41,776 bases of DNA, taken from assembly GCA_964568035.1 (NCBI GenBank), contig CAZMPP010000001.1, positions 1 to 41,776 of the forward strand. The letters run 5' to 3'. The translations under genes and the position numbers were made by a program. The notes beneath the pieces were generated by a model. It made no database searches and was not told where the DNA came from. It saw only the letters and a list, made by a program, of their open reading frames with translations. Below, piece after piece: positions 1-8,949 of this stretch (position 1 is the first letter of the stretch; each line of letters starts with the position of its first letter). The DNA is from an uncultured bacterium (GTDB lineage Bacteria; Vulcanimicrobiota; Vulcanimicrobiia; Vulcanimicrobiales; Vulcanimicrobiaceae).

Positions 1-1
1 G

Positions 2-3000
2 GCCTCTCGTCCCGCCTTTGCCGTACAGGTAACGCTCGCCAGCTTAGATGGCGTGCTTGTGGTCACGCTGACCCCGAGCCTGTCGACGGCTACGCTCAAC
101 ACCGTCGCCAAACCCGTTAAGAACATGCTGCTCTTCGACTACTCCGTTCAGCGTGGAACCGCATCCAACGGTCAGATGTCGGGCGCGCACCAGTATCCCG
201 GACCGACGTTGCAAGTCGAACCGGGTGAGACACTCATCGTTCACATTAACAACGAGTTGCGCAACCTGACCATCCCCGACTTTTACGATCCTAAGTACAC
301 GCCCAAGGACCAGACCGTACCACTGTATCCGGCGATGATGACATCTTCGCCGTTCAATCTTCACGTACACGGCGCGCACGTCAGCCCCCGCGGCAATGCC
401 GATAACGTACTGCTGCATATCGATGCCGGCATGTCGAATACGTATGTATACGATATTCCCAAAAATATGACACCGGGCACGTACTGGTATCACAGCCACC
501 TGCACACGTTGACCGCATCGCAGACGTACTACGGTCTCGCCGGCATGCTTCTGGTCGGGCGCGCCGACAGCGAGATTCCGCTCGTCACCCAAAACAAGGT
601 TCCGATCCGCACCATGTTGCTGCAATACAACACGGTGTTTGACCGCAAGGGCGGCCTGGCGCAGATGACCAATCCGAACTGGCCGCAATGGGTGAGTACC
701 CTGGCAACGCCCAAAGGCAACGCACTCGCCGACGGCACCTACCGCCCGTCGTTGGCGCCGGTAAACTTCTTGGACTCGAAGAAAGGCACGCAATGGGCCA
801 CCGTGTGGTATGCGGGGCCGCTATCGATCAACAATATGCGCGGGCGCCTACAGTTCGTGCCGACGAACTTGCAGAGTTTCACGGCGGGCGCGGGTTCAGG
901 CGGCGCCGACATGAGGGCCAATCCGTCGCTTCCCGACTACCAGCGAGACGTTCAGTTTACGGTCAACGGTCAGTTCGAGCCGGCCCTGAAGGTTAAGCCG
1001 GGTCAAACCGAGATTTGGGTGCTCGCCAATGTCAGCGACATTGCCTACATGAACGTTGAGCTCACCGAAACCGCTACGGGCTTCCATCCGAAGATCGCCA
1101 TCGTCGGGCAAGACGGCATCGCCTATGGCGAAGTGCACTATCCATACGAACAGGATGGAACGCAGTTGCTAATTCCGCCGGCGACCCGCTTTGCGATCGC
1201 CGTGACGATGCCCGCCAAAGGGTCGCTGCGCCTTTCACTACCGGGTCTTGGCTCGGGCGCCAGGACGCTCTCCGCGCCCGGCGTTCTCTATACCAACAAC
1301 GGCACGCAGAATCCGCCGGCTCGCTTGGGAACGCTCAGCGTCCTGCCTTCGGCGATCAGCTATGCCGATGGTTTCTTTATCTTCCCTTCGCAAACGCTGC
1401 TCGACGCCGATCCGGAAGATGGGCAAGGCGTTACCACGGCTTTTAATCCTGGCCAAAAACTCGACGCGCCGACACCGTTCCACGATCTGTCGCAACTCAA
1501 CCCCGACGTAACCCGCACGCTGCTTATCAACGGCGGATTTCTCAATAACCATGCCAGCAAGGCGGATCCGAAGGCGTTCGTGTACGCGTTCGACGGCAAC
1601 GCGTTTCCCAACGTTCCGTTGATCCAAGCGCGGCTCGGTTCGATTGAAGAATGGAATTTCGTCAACCACAATAATGACGCGCACCCGATTCACGTTCACG
1701 TTAACGATTTCCAAGTGACGAAATACTTCGATCCGACGACCGGATTGAAACTGGGACCGCAGATGTTTGGCGAAGACAACGCCAACGTCCCCGCGCCATC
1801 GCTTGGACCGCAAGAGGCGGTGATTCAAGCCGGCACGCTGACCATGCGCACGAGGTTCAATGATTACCTGGGCTTATACGTGCTGCATTGTCATCGGCTC
1901 AACCACGAGGACAATGGGTTAATGATGCTGATCAACGTCATTCCCGCCGTCTCCGACTATGCGGTAGCCGTTGCAGGTTCAGCGGGTCATCCTGCAACGG
2001 TAAGGGTGTTCGACGGTAACGGCGATCGCTTGATTTCGACCATCACGCCGTTCCCGGATTTCTACGGAACGCCGAGCGTGGCGATCGGCGACGTCGACGC
2101 CGATGGCATCTACGATCTTATCGTCGGTGCGGGCAAGGGACACTCGCCCGAAGTCGTCGCCTACTCGGGCGCGTCTAGCTCCGGCACGCCGTTCTCGACC
2201 GAGCTGGCGCGCTTCCAAGCGTTCGACGCGGGGCAAACGGGCGGCGTGAGCGTCGCGTCCACACAAATCGACGGCAGATCGGCCGACAACATCATCGTCG
2301 GCTCGGGCGCGGGCGCGACCGATCAGGTTCGTGTCTTCAGTAGCGAGCTTCCGGCGTTAGGCAGGGCGCCGGCGGCGTTCGCAACCTTCGCGCCGTACGG
2401 AAGCGATACGTCGGGCGTTAACCTCGCCGCAGGATTCGTCGACTTCCTCACCGGGCGCAATAGCATCGTAACCGCACCCGGAACGGGCGCGCAGGTCAAA
2501 GTGTTTTCGTACTCGCTGATGACGCCGATCGGTGCGCCGCCGGCGTGGCCGAACAATCCGGGCGACGCGCACATGGACGCTTCGTTTACGCCGTTCGGGG
2601 CGGGTTATCGGGGTTCGATGTCGATCGCCACGGGATGGTTGGCCGGCTCGTACGGGGGCGCCGAAACAATCGCTGCCGGTCAACTCGCCGGTGCGGGAAC
2701 CGTCAAGGTCTTTTCGACCGGAACGGCACTGCAGGGCAATCCGGCGATGTACTTGCGCAGCGCAATGATGCACGAAATGGCCTCCAACTTCAGTGAGATC
2801 GCGTCGTTCGAGCCGTTCGCCGGTTCGTCGGGAGTTCGCGTCGCGACGACGTCGACCACTATCGGCGCCGACTTGCTCGCCAGCGGTGCTCGCGGCGGCA
2901 CCGCTCAAATCGAGAAGTTCCGACTGACGCGTTCGACTCCGCAGGCACGGGCTCTCACCGCAAAAAGCGTTCACGCAGTCTGGTCGGGAGCCGGAACGGC

Positions 3001-3025
3001 TCCGATTGTGCTTGGCGGTGACTAG
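2..3025 (+). CDS. Multicopper oxidase (three cupredoxin domains) with a C-terminal FG-GAP/integrin-alpha-like beta-propeller; 5' end runs off the window
   Basis: The frame is open from nt 2, with no stop upstream of the GTG at 53 and no signal peptide after it, so the gene is 5'-partial. All four MCO copper motifs are present: HVHGAH, WYHSHLH, HPIHVHVNDF, HCHRLNHEDNGLMM. From about nt 1970 there are repeated FG-GAP-like units (GDVDADGIYDLIVGAG, DNIIVGSGAG..VRVF, ..VKVF, ..IEKF). Confidence 0.9.
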   Translation, partial: ASRPAFAVQVTLASLDGVLVVTLTPSLSTATLNTVAKPVKNMLLFDYSVQRGTASNGQMSGAHQYPGPTLQVEPGETLIVHINNELRNLTIPDFYDPKYTPKDQTVPLYPAMMTSSPFNLHVHGAHVSPRGNADNVLLHIDAGMSNTYVYDIPKNMTPGTYWYHSHLHTLTASQTYYGLAGMLLVGRADSEIPLVTQNKVPIRTMLLQYNTVFDRKGGLAQMTNPNWPQWVSTLATPKGNALADGTYRPSLAPVNFLDSKKGTQWATVWYAGPLSINNMRGRLQFVPTNLQSFTAGAGSGGADMRANPSLPDYQRDVQFTVNGQFEPALKVKPGQTEIWVLANVSDIAYMNVELTETATGFHPKIAIVGQDGIAYGEVHYPYEQDGTQLLIPPATRFAIAVTMPAKGSLRLSLPGLGSGARTLSAPGVLYTNNGTQNPPARLGTLSVLPSAISYADGFFIFPSQTLLDADPEDGQGVTTAFNPGQKLDAPTPFHDLSQLNPDVTRTLLINGGFLNNHASKADPKAFVYAFDGNAFPNVPLIQARLGSIEEWNFVNHNNDAHPIHVHVNDFQVTKYFDPTTGLKLGPQMFGEDNANVPAPSLGPQEAVIQAGTLTMRTRFNDYLGLYVLHCHRLNHEDNGLMMLINVIPAVSDYAVAVAGSAGHPATVRVFDGNGDRLISTITPFPDFYGTPSVAIGDVDADGIYDLIVGAGKGHSPEVVAYSGASSSGTPFSTELARFQAFDAGQTGGVSVASTQIDGRSADNIIVGSGAGATDQVRVFSSELPALGRAPAAFATFAPYGSDTSGVNLAAGFVDFLTGRNSIVTAPGTGAQVKVFSYSLMTPIGAPPAWPNNPGDAHMDASFTPFGAGYRGSMSIATGWLAGSYGGAETIAAGQLAGAGTVKVFSTGTALQGNPAMYLRSAMMHEMASNFSEIASFEPFAGSSGVRVATTSTTIGADLLASGARGGTAQIEKFRLTRSTPQARALTAKSVHAVWSGAGTAPIVLGGD

Positions 3026-3044
3026 CTCCGGTTCGGCAGGCGCA

Positions 3045-3845
3045 GTGATAAGACGAGCGCTCTTCGTCGCCATCGTGCTGGGCGTTGCAGCGTGCTCCGG
3101 CGGCAATGGGGCGTCATCCGCGGAGGGCTCTCGGCTCTATGATCCGGACGCGTTGCCGACCGGCCCAATTGGGCAGGCAATCCGCGATGGCTATGCGATT
3201 CTGAGCAATACGCCCACCGAAGCCGGAGGCTTTGTTCGGGCGGATATGTCGTGTACGGCGTGCCACATCGCCGGCGGCACGGTACCGCATGGCGGCAGCC
3301 TGTCCGGCACGCTTGCGAGCTACCCGCAGTGGAACGTTCGCGCCAAACGGGTCATCACGCTGGAAGACCGCATCGCGGAGTGCTTCCTCTACAGCATGAA
3401 CGGGCGCCCGCCAAAGTACGCGGGCAAACAGATGGTTTCGATCGTTGCCTATATCGCGTGGCTCTCGCGCGGGAGGGCCATTCTATCGGCCCAAAGCTCA
3501 CAAAGCGGTTTCGCGGTGGCGCTCCCGTCGGCCACACCCGACGTTGCTCGCGGCAAAGCGATCTATATCCAAAAATGCGCGGGCTGCCATCAGACCAACG
3601 GAGCCGGAATAAGCGGAACGTTTCCACCGCTGTGGGGTCCGAAATCGTTCAACGACGGGGCGGGAATGGCGCACCTCGAGGTCATCACCGGCTGGGTGAA
3701 GTTCAACATGCCCAGGGGCGCCGCCGGTTCGATCTCACTCGCCGAAGCCTACGACGTTTCGGCCTACGTGCTCTCCCACAACCGGCCCCGCTTTAACCGG
3801 AATGCTTTGGTGACGAATGAGTCGCTGCGCGCGGGCTATTATTAG
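3045..3845 (+). CDS. Dihaem c-type cytochrome lipoprotein, TsdA (thiosulfate dehydrogenase)-like
   Basis: An in-frame GTG at 3045 is preceded by GGCAGG; the ORF-track start at 3006 would overlap the upstream stop at 3025. Lipobox LGVAAC. Two haem-binding sites, CTACH and CAGCH. A Cys sits 39 residues after the first haem His (RIAECFLYSMNG), and the FPPLWG..NDGAGM block follows the second, as remembered for the TsdA family. Confidence 0.85.
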   Translation: MIRRALFVAIVLGVAACSGGNGASSAEGSRLYDPDALPTGPIGQAIRDGYAILSNTPTEAGGFVRADMSCTACHIAGGTVPHGGSLSGTLASYPQWNVRAKRVITLEDRIAECFLYSMNGRPPKYAGKQMVSIVAYIAWLSRGRAILSAQSSQSGFAVALPSATPDVARGKAIYIQKCAGCHQTNGAGISGTFPPLWGPKSFNDGAGMAHLEVITGWVKFNMPRGAAGSISLAEAYDVSAYVLSHNRPRFNRNALVTNESLRAGYY

Positions 3846-4985
3846 TTAGCATTTTGGAATCCAGCTGCCGGCCGGCGGCCGGTACGGATTCCTCGGGTCG
3901 TACATCAAGCGGTTAGGTTGAGTGCCGTCGACGCGCACGTAGTAAGTGGCTTCGCGTCCGCACCAGGCATTAAAATCGAACGTATCCCCCTGCGCGCTGA
4001 GCTTCGTTACGGTAAGCTTTGCGGAGACGAACGGCTGCCCTTGCTCGATCTGCCGCGCCGCGCCTCCGCGAATCAAGAACGCCGAGCCGCCCTTACCTTG
4101 CAGAAGCAGCGTACCGATACCGCGCTTATCGACGACGATCCCGCTAGCCTCATCAACGGCGACGCCAAGCACTAACTGCTTTTGGTTGCGAACCTTTCCT
4201 TCGGCGATCTGGCGAGCCATGAACACGGCGGTACGGCCGAAGCGGTTGCGCGTAACGAAGTGCTGGTCCGTAATGGCATCGGCGAGTGCGGAGAACTTAA
4301 GGAAGTGATACGTGAAGCTGATAATGCGCTCCCACGGATTCCGGACGGCATTGTCGGTCGTCGTATCGCGTTCTCCCTCGGCGACCGCATCGAAGACGTA
4401 CTTGCCCAAGATGGCCTCGCCGGCGCTGGTCCCGCCCACCACGCCGCCGCGTGCGTAGACGCCCTGTACCGCACTCTGAATCGGCGTATTCTTCCACACC
4501 ACATAATCGGCCTGATTTCCACCGGCAAAGAAGACGGCACCCGATCGTTGGATAACGTGAGCGGCGGCTTCGATCGTGGTGGAATCGGAGCATGTTGGAA
4601 TTAGTAACGTCCGCACCGAGTGAAAGGGGGCGAGACGATAGATGTACCGGTCGTAGTCGTTATTACCGGTGGCCCGTAAGACGACGAGATCGCCGCCGCG
4701 TTTTGCGGGATCGCCGACGATGGTGTCGTGGATCCAGACGAACTCCGCGTTCACGTCGGTACCGCCTCCGCCTAGGACCAACCCCGGACCGCGCAGTTTG
4801 GCGCGCTCGGGCCGCGGCGCACCTTGCGGGGAATAGAACTTTGGATGACACCCTCGCGATGGTGCGAGCGCGACGCGCGAAGCCGCTGGGGTCTCGATGC
4901 CGGTTCTTGCCGGCGGCCCACACGCCGTCACAGCGAGGGTTGCTAGCGCGAGAGCGATTCCGGCTAACCGCTTATTGTGCGGCAC
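3846..4985 (-). CDS. Peptidase S51 (cyanophycinase-like) lipoprotein
   Basis: S51 signature blocks FFAGGNQADY and GGTSAGEAILG. Lipobox LAVTAC. The longest ORF starts at 5033, but the GTG at 4985 gives MPHNKRLAGIALALATLAVTAC and reduces overlap with the next gene. The stop TAA at 3846-3848 abuts the TAG of the convergent cytochrome gene with zero spacer. Confidence 0.8.
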   Translation of the reverse strand: MPHNKRLAGIALALATLAVTACGPPARTGIETPAASRVALAPSRGCHPKFYSPQGAPRPERAKLRGPGLVLGGGGTDVNAEFVWIHDTIVGDPAKRGGDLVVLRATGNNDYDRYIYRLAPFHSVRTLLIPTCSDSTTIEAAAHVIQRSGAVFFAGGNQADYVVWKNTPIQSAVQGVYARGGVVGGTSAGEAILGKYVFDAVAEGERDTTTDNAVRNPWERIISFTYHFLKFSALADAITDQHFVTRNRFGRTAVFMARQIAEGKVRNQKQLVLGVAVDEASGIVVDKRGIGTLLLQGKGGSAFLIRGGAARQIEQGQPFVSAKLTVTKLSAQGDTFDFNAWCGREATYYVRVDGTQPNRLMYDPRNPYRPPAGSWIPKC

Positions 4986-5337
4986 GTTTGAGATCGGCGA
5001 CGAGCGCTTTCGAGGTGGGCTCAGGGACGCCAAGAGCGTGAAGAGTCGAGTCAGTAAACTTTCCGTTTGTTACCTTGACGATCGTCCAGCCACTCTTGCT
5101 CTTTTTCGTAAGCGCCTCGCCGGCGGCATAGTTCCGGCCCGCGCTCCAATATGCTATGGCATAGGGCTTTTCGCCCACCATTTTGACGTCGATGTCGGTG
5201 GCGTTGAGATGCTCCTGAACGATGCCGGATACGGCCACCGCATCGTCGGGACCTAGAATCTCCGCGGCGGCGGGTGCAATGCAGGCCATCAGCAGGGCAA
5301 CAAAAACAAATATTCGCATGCGGGTGCGCTTCATCAT
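4972..5337 (-). CDS. Small secreted protein of unknown function
   Basis: ATG at 5337 (MMKRTRMRIFVFVALLMACIAPAAA signal peptide) is preceded by a GGGGAGGG Shine-Dalgarno (complement of 5351-5358). I recognised no family. Confidence 0.65.
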   Translation of the reverse strand: MMKRTRMRIFVFVALLMACIAPAAAEILGPDDAVAVSGIVQEHLNATDIDVKMVGEKPYAIAYWSAGRNYAAGEALTKKSKSGWTIVKVTNGKFTDSTLHALGVPEPTSKALVADLKRAAQ

Positions 5338-5564
5338 CAGGTCCCGTCGCCCTCCCCTGAAGCCGATTCGATGACTCCCTTGAGGCGGTCGTGCCTCCGT
5401 AGCGGCACGATGCAATGTTCAACGACGTCTGGATGCGCGAAAATAATTTCGCGAAGGGCCAAACGCTAACCGCCATTCTTGGTAGTCGCTAGGCTTTCGC
5501 TGGCCTCCCTTGACCGGCTGCAGTCAAGCCGGGGGAAAATAGGCCGGCGCACGAACAGCTTTGC

Positions 5565-6349
5565 GTGCGAACCAAACCGCTAACGCCCGCGATTGGTGCG
5601 GTCGTCGAGGGCGTCGATCTGAGCGCGCGCTCAGCGAAGCCGGCGTGCGTGGCATCCGTTCGGAGCTCGAGGAGCATCTCGTCCTCTTCTTTGAGGATCA
5701 GTCGCTGACGCCCGTGCAACAGCGCGACTTCGCAGCGCGCGATGAGGCGCGCGAGGTCATGATCTTGGCGCACGACGAGACATATCGCGCCAACAGCGAT
5801 CGCTGGCATAACGACGTAACCTTCCTCGAAACGCCGCCGCAAGCGGCGGTGCTCTACGCCGAACAGATTCCCGAGGTGGGCGGCGACACGCTCTGGGCCA
5901 ACATGTATCTGGCTTACGAAGCGCTCTCCGAGCCGATCGAGACGCTCGTCGCGCAGTTGCGTGCGGTGCGCTCGTTCGCGAAGAACTTCACGCCCGAGCG
6001 ATTCAAGGCGTTAGGCATCGAAGACCAACGCGACCGCATGTGCGCCGAGCATCCGCCGGTCTCGCACCCCGTCGCGCGCACGAATCCGGCGACGGGGCGC
6101 CGGGCTCTGTTCGTCAACCGGGACTTTACGTCGCATATCGAGGGCCTCTCGGCGCGCGCGAGCGATGCGCTCTTACGTTTGCTCTTCGAGCACATGGAGA
6201 GGCCGGAGTTTCAAGTGCGCTGGCGCTGGAACGAAGGCACGGTCGCGTTTTGGGACAACCGCTGGCCGCAACGCTGCGCGCTCGCCGATTACTTTCCGAA
6301 TCGGCGCCACGTCCGGCGCGCGACGATCCTCGGCGAACGGCCGGTGTAG
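5565..6349 (+). pseudogene. tauD: TauD/TfdA-family Fe(II)/2-oxoglutarate dioxygenase, apparently inactivated
   Basis: The body (WHNDVTFLETPP, GGDTLWANM, PEFQVRWRWNEGTVAFWDNR, RATILGERP) aligns with E. coli TauD as I remember it. The N-terminal strand (VRTKPLTPAIGAVVEGVDLSAR, from GTG 5565) lies in a different frame from the rest, with the switch inside the GCGCGCGC run at 5623-5630. The third iron ligand His is Arg (WDNRWPQRCALADY, codon CGC at 6267-6269). About 13 residues appear to be missing before the EVMILAHD block. Confidence 0.7.
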
Positions 6350-7670
6350 CACGTTCGAGCGGCGCCTCAGCGCGTCCGACGTCGCGCTCATCGTGATAGG
6401 CAGTGTCGTCGGATCGGGAATCTTCCGCACGCCGTCGACCGTAGCGCAACGCCTTCACGCTCCGGTGTTGATTCTGTGCGCGTGGGCGGCGGGGGGAATC
6501 GTGGCTCTCTTCGGCGCCTTCATCCTCGGCGAGCTCGCCGCGCGCCGTCCGCAAGGGTGTGGAATCTACGCCTACCTGCACGATGCGTTTCACCCAGTTG
6601 TCGCGTTCGCTTACGGCTGGACATCGCTGCTCGCATCGTTCAGTGGTGGCCTCGCAGCGGCGGCCGTGCTCTTCGCGGGCTACTTCACGGTGCTGACCGG
6701 CTTTCACATCGCGTCGGGGCTGCTTGCGGCGATCGCACTCGCCGTGCTCGCGCTTGTGAACTGCCTTGGCGTTCGTCAAGGCAGCAACGTTCAGAATGGA
6801 TTAACCGTATTGAAGCTCGCCGCATTCGCGGCCATCATCGTGGCGGGCTTCGCGGCCCATCCGGCATTGTCGCCGGGTCCTCCGCTTTCCACGGCAACGC
6901 CAAGCACGCTCGCGGCATTCAGCTTTGCGATGATTCCGGTGCTCTTTACCTACAATGGCGCGATGGTCGCGAACTTCATGGCGACCGAAGTGAAACGCGC
7001 AACCATTGCCCTGCCGCTTGGCCTCTGGCTGGGAGTTTCGGGCGTGGCTGTCCTTTATCTCCTGGTCAACGCTGCGTGCATTCACGCGCTAGGCGTCGGC
7101 GGTTTGGGGGGCACCGACGTCCCCGCCTCCGCCGTGCTATTCGTTGCGGTGGGTTCGCCTGGAGCGCGCCTCGCATCGCTCGTGATCGCGGTGTCGACGC
7201 TTGGATTCATCGGCAATCGGATGTTGACGGTTCCACGCCTCTACCATGCCATGGCCCAGGACGGGCTGTTCTTTCGGAGCGTCGCGTCGATCGGTCCTCG
7301 AACGCGCGTACCGGTCGTCGCGATCGTGTTGCAAGCGATCGTTGCCATTGTCATTGCCCTCACCGGGAGCTTCGAGAATATTCTTAGCTACGTCGTTTCG
7401 ACGTTTTACGTCTTCAACGGCCTGTCGGCGCTGGCGCTCTTCGTCATTCGGGCGCGCGACCGGCGCGCCGGAAATGCACGGGCGGTCGATTTTCGCGTGC
7501 CATGGCACCCCGTATCGACGACGATCTACATATTCGCATCGTTTGGCGTCGCAATCGCTACGTATATCGCCTATCCTCGCGAGGCGTTCTTTGGGTTGCT
7601 AATTCTGCTGAGCGCGATTCCGGTCTACTTCGTATGGGTGCGCTCCTCGCCGTCGAAGCGTACGGCTTGA
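6165..7670 (+). CDS. APC-superfamily amino acid permease
   Basis: About 12 hydrophobic helices and the TM1 signature IGSVVGSGIFRTP. The start is uncertain. The only canonical start upstream of TM1 is ATG 6165, which overlaps the tauD relic by 185 nt. There is no ATG, GTG or TTG between 6168 and the GTG at 6393, which lies inside TM1. Confidence 0.8.
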   Translation: MRSYVCSSSTWRGRSFKCAGAGTKARSRFGTTAGRNAARSPITFRIGATSGARRSSANGRCSTFERRLSASDVALIVIGSVVGSGIFRTPSTVAQRLHAPVLILCAWAAGGIVALFGAFILGELAARRPQGCGIYAYLHDAFHPVVAFAYGWTSLLASFSGGLAAAAVLFAGYFTVLTGFHIASGLLAAIALAVLALVNCLGVRQGSNVQNGLTVLKLAAFAAIIVAGFAAHPALSPGPPLSTATPSTLAAFSFAMIPVLFTYNGAMVANFMATEVKRATIALPLGLWLGVSGVAVLYLLVNAACIHALGVGGLGGTDVPASAVLFVAVGSPGARLASLVIAVSTLGFIGNRMLTVPRLYHAMAQDGLFFRSVASIGPRTRVPVVAIVLQAIVAIVIALTGSFENILSYVVSTFYVFNGLSALALFVIRARDRRAGNARAVDFRVPWHPVSTTIYIFASFGVAIATYIAYPREAFFGLLILLSAIPVYFVWVRSSPSKRTA

Positions 7671-8815
7671 TGCTGCCTGTGTACTTGGAATGCTCGCTCG
7701 ACGCGACGCACCGCTGCTCGCCGGACGCGGTGGCGAACCTCTGTCCCACCGACTCTGCGCCGCTGCTCGCCCGCTACGGTGATGTTTCCCTCTCCCGACC
7801 GATCGATGCACGCTCATGGACGATGTGGCGGTATCGCGAGTTGCTCCCGATCGCCGAAGGAGAGACGCCGGTTTCGCTTGGCGAAGGCGGCACGCCGCTC
7901 ATTCCGCTCGCGCGATTGCAGAGCCGCTTGCGTTGCGAAGAAGTGTACGTGAAGGATGAAAGCCAGAATCCGACCGGTTCGTTCAAATCGCGCGGAATGT
8001 CCGCGGCGATCACGGTCGCGAAGCGCTTGGGCCTGACGGCGATGGTGGCGCCGAGCGCGGGAAATGCCGGCGGCGCGCTGGCAGCGTACGGAGCGCGCGC
8101 CGGTATCGGCGTGCGCGTCTACGTACCGCGCGATACGCCTCACCTGCTCGTCGAGGAGATGGAGAGCTACGCCGCCGAGGTGATTTTCGTAGACGGCCTT
8201 ATCGACGAAGCCGGGCGCATGGCGGCCGAGCACGCCCGTGCAACGGGGGCCTTTAACGTTGCGACGTTTCGCGAGCCTTATCGCGTCGAGGGGAAGAAGA
8301 CGATGGGCTTCGAGCTGGTCGAGCAACTCGGCGGCATTCCCGGCACGATTGTCTATCCGACCGGCGGCGGTACGGGCCTCGTCGCGATGTGGAAGGCGTT
8401 TGCCGAGTTGGAGCGGGTCGGCTGGATCGGTTCCGAGCGCCCCGTGATGGTCAGCGTCCAAGCCGAGGGCTGCGCGCCGATCGTTCGGGCGTTCCATCGC
8501 GGCGAAGAATCGGCCACTCGCGTAGATAACGCGTCGACAAAGATGTGGGGGTTGCGCGTTCCGGGCGGGATCGGCGATCGTCTCACGTTGCGTGCGCTTC
8601 GTGAATCGGGTGGACACGCCGTCGCCGTTTCCGACGAGAGCGCCGACGATGCGATGCGCGATCTCCATCGCGAGGAGGGAATCGATGCAACCGAAGAGGG
8701 GGGCGCAACGCTCGCGGCGCTACGCCAGTTGCTTGGCGACGGCGTTTTGCTCCCTTCGCCGATCGTACTCTTCAATACGGCCACGTCGTTGAAGTACGCG
8801 CCGCGTGGGGCCTAA
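7670..8815 (+). CDS. thrC: Threonine synthase family PLP enzyme
   Basis: ATG at 7670 shares one base with the permease TGA (TGATG). PLP-lysine motif ESQNPTGSFKSRG; glycine loop YPTGGGTG. The N terminus LECS..C..LCP..PLLARY is typical of short ThrC proteins. Confidence 0.8.
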   Translation: MLPVYLECSLDATHRCSPDAVANLCPTDSAPLLARYGDVSLSRPIDARSWTMWRYRELLPIAEGETPVSLGEGGTPLIPLARLQSRLRCEEVYVKDESQNPTGSFKSRGMSAAITVAKRLGLTAMVAPSAGNAGGALAAYGARAGIGVRVYVPRDTPHLLVEEMESYAAEVIFVDGLIDEAGRMAAEHARATGAFNVATFREPYRVEGKKTMGFELVEQLGGIPGTIVYPTGGGTGLVAMWKAFAELERVGWIGSERPVMVSVQAEGCAPIVRAFHRGEESATRVDNASTKMWGLRVPGGIGDRLTLRALRESGGHAVAVSDESADDAMRDLHREEGIDATEEGGATLAALRQLLGDGVLLPSPIVLFNTATSLKYAPRGA

Positions 8816-8949
8816 ACAAAGCTGGCAGATCTCTGAATACAGGAACGCGCGCGCGGCTGCCCAACAAATCAAGAGGACGTTGGCTTGCTTTGGTGTGGCC
8901 TAAAAGCAAGGGCAGCGAGCAACACGACGCTAGTTCTCGGAGATGGAGA

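Noticed and set aside
44-793. 249-aa minus-strand ORF antisense to the first multicopper oxidase. Similar long shadow ORFs occur at 2357-3106(-), 6126-6779(-) and 7814-8668(-).
   Set aside because: They lie fully inside well-supported genes on the opposite strand. They are Arg/Ala/Gly/Pro-rich with no recognisable motifs, as expected for stop-poor antisense frames in high-GC DNA.
3856-3892. Strong GC hairpin (GGAATCC..TGCCGGCC-GGC-GGCCGGTA..GGATTCC) just after the cytochrome c stop, considered as a bidirectional terminator.
   Set aside because: No U-run follows it on either strand. It lies inside the last codons of the convergent S51 peptidase gene, so I cannot support a terminator call.
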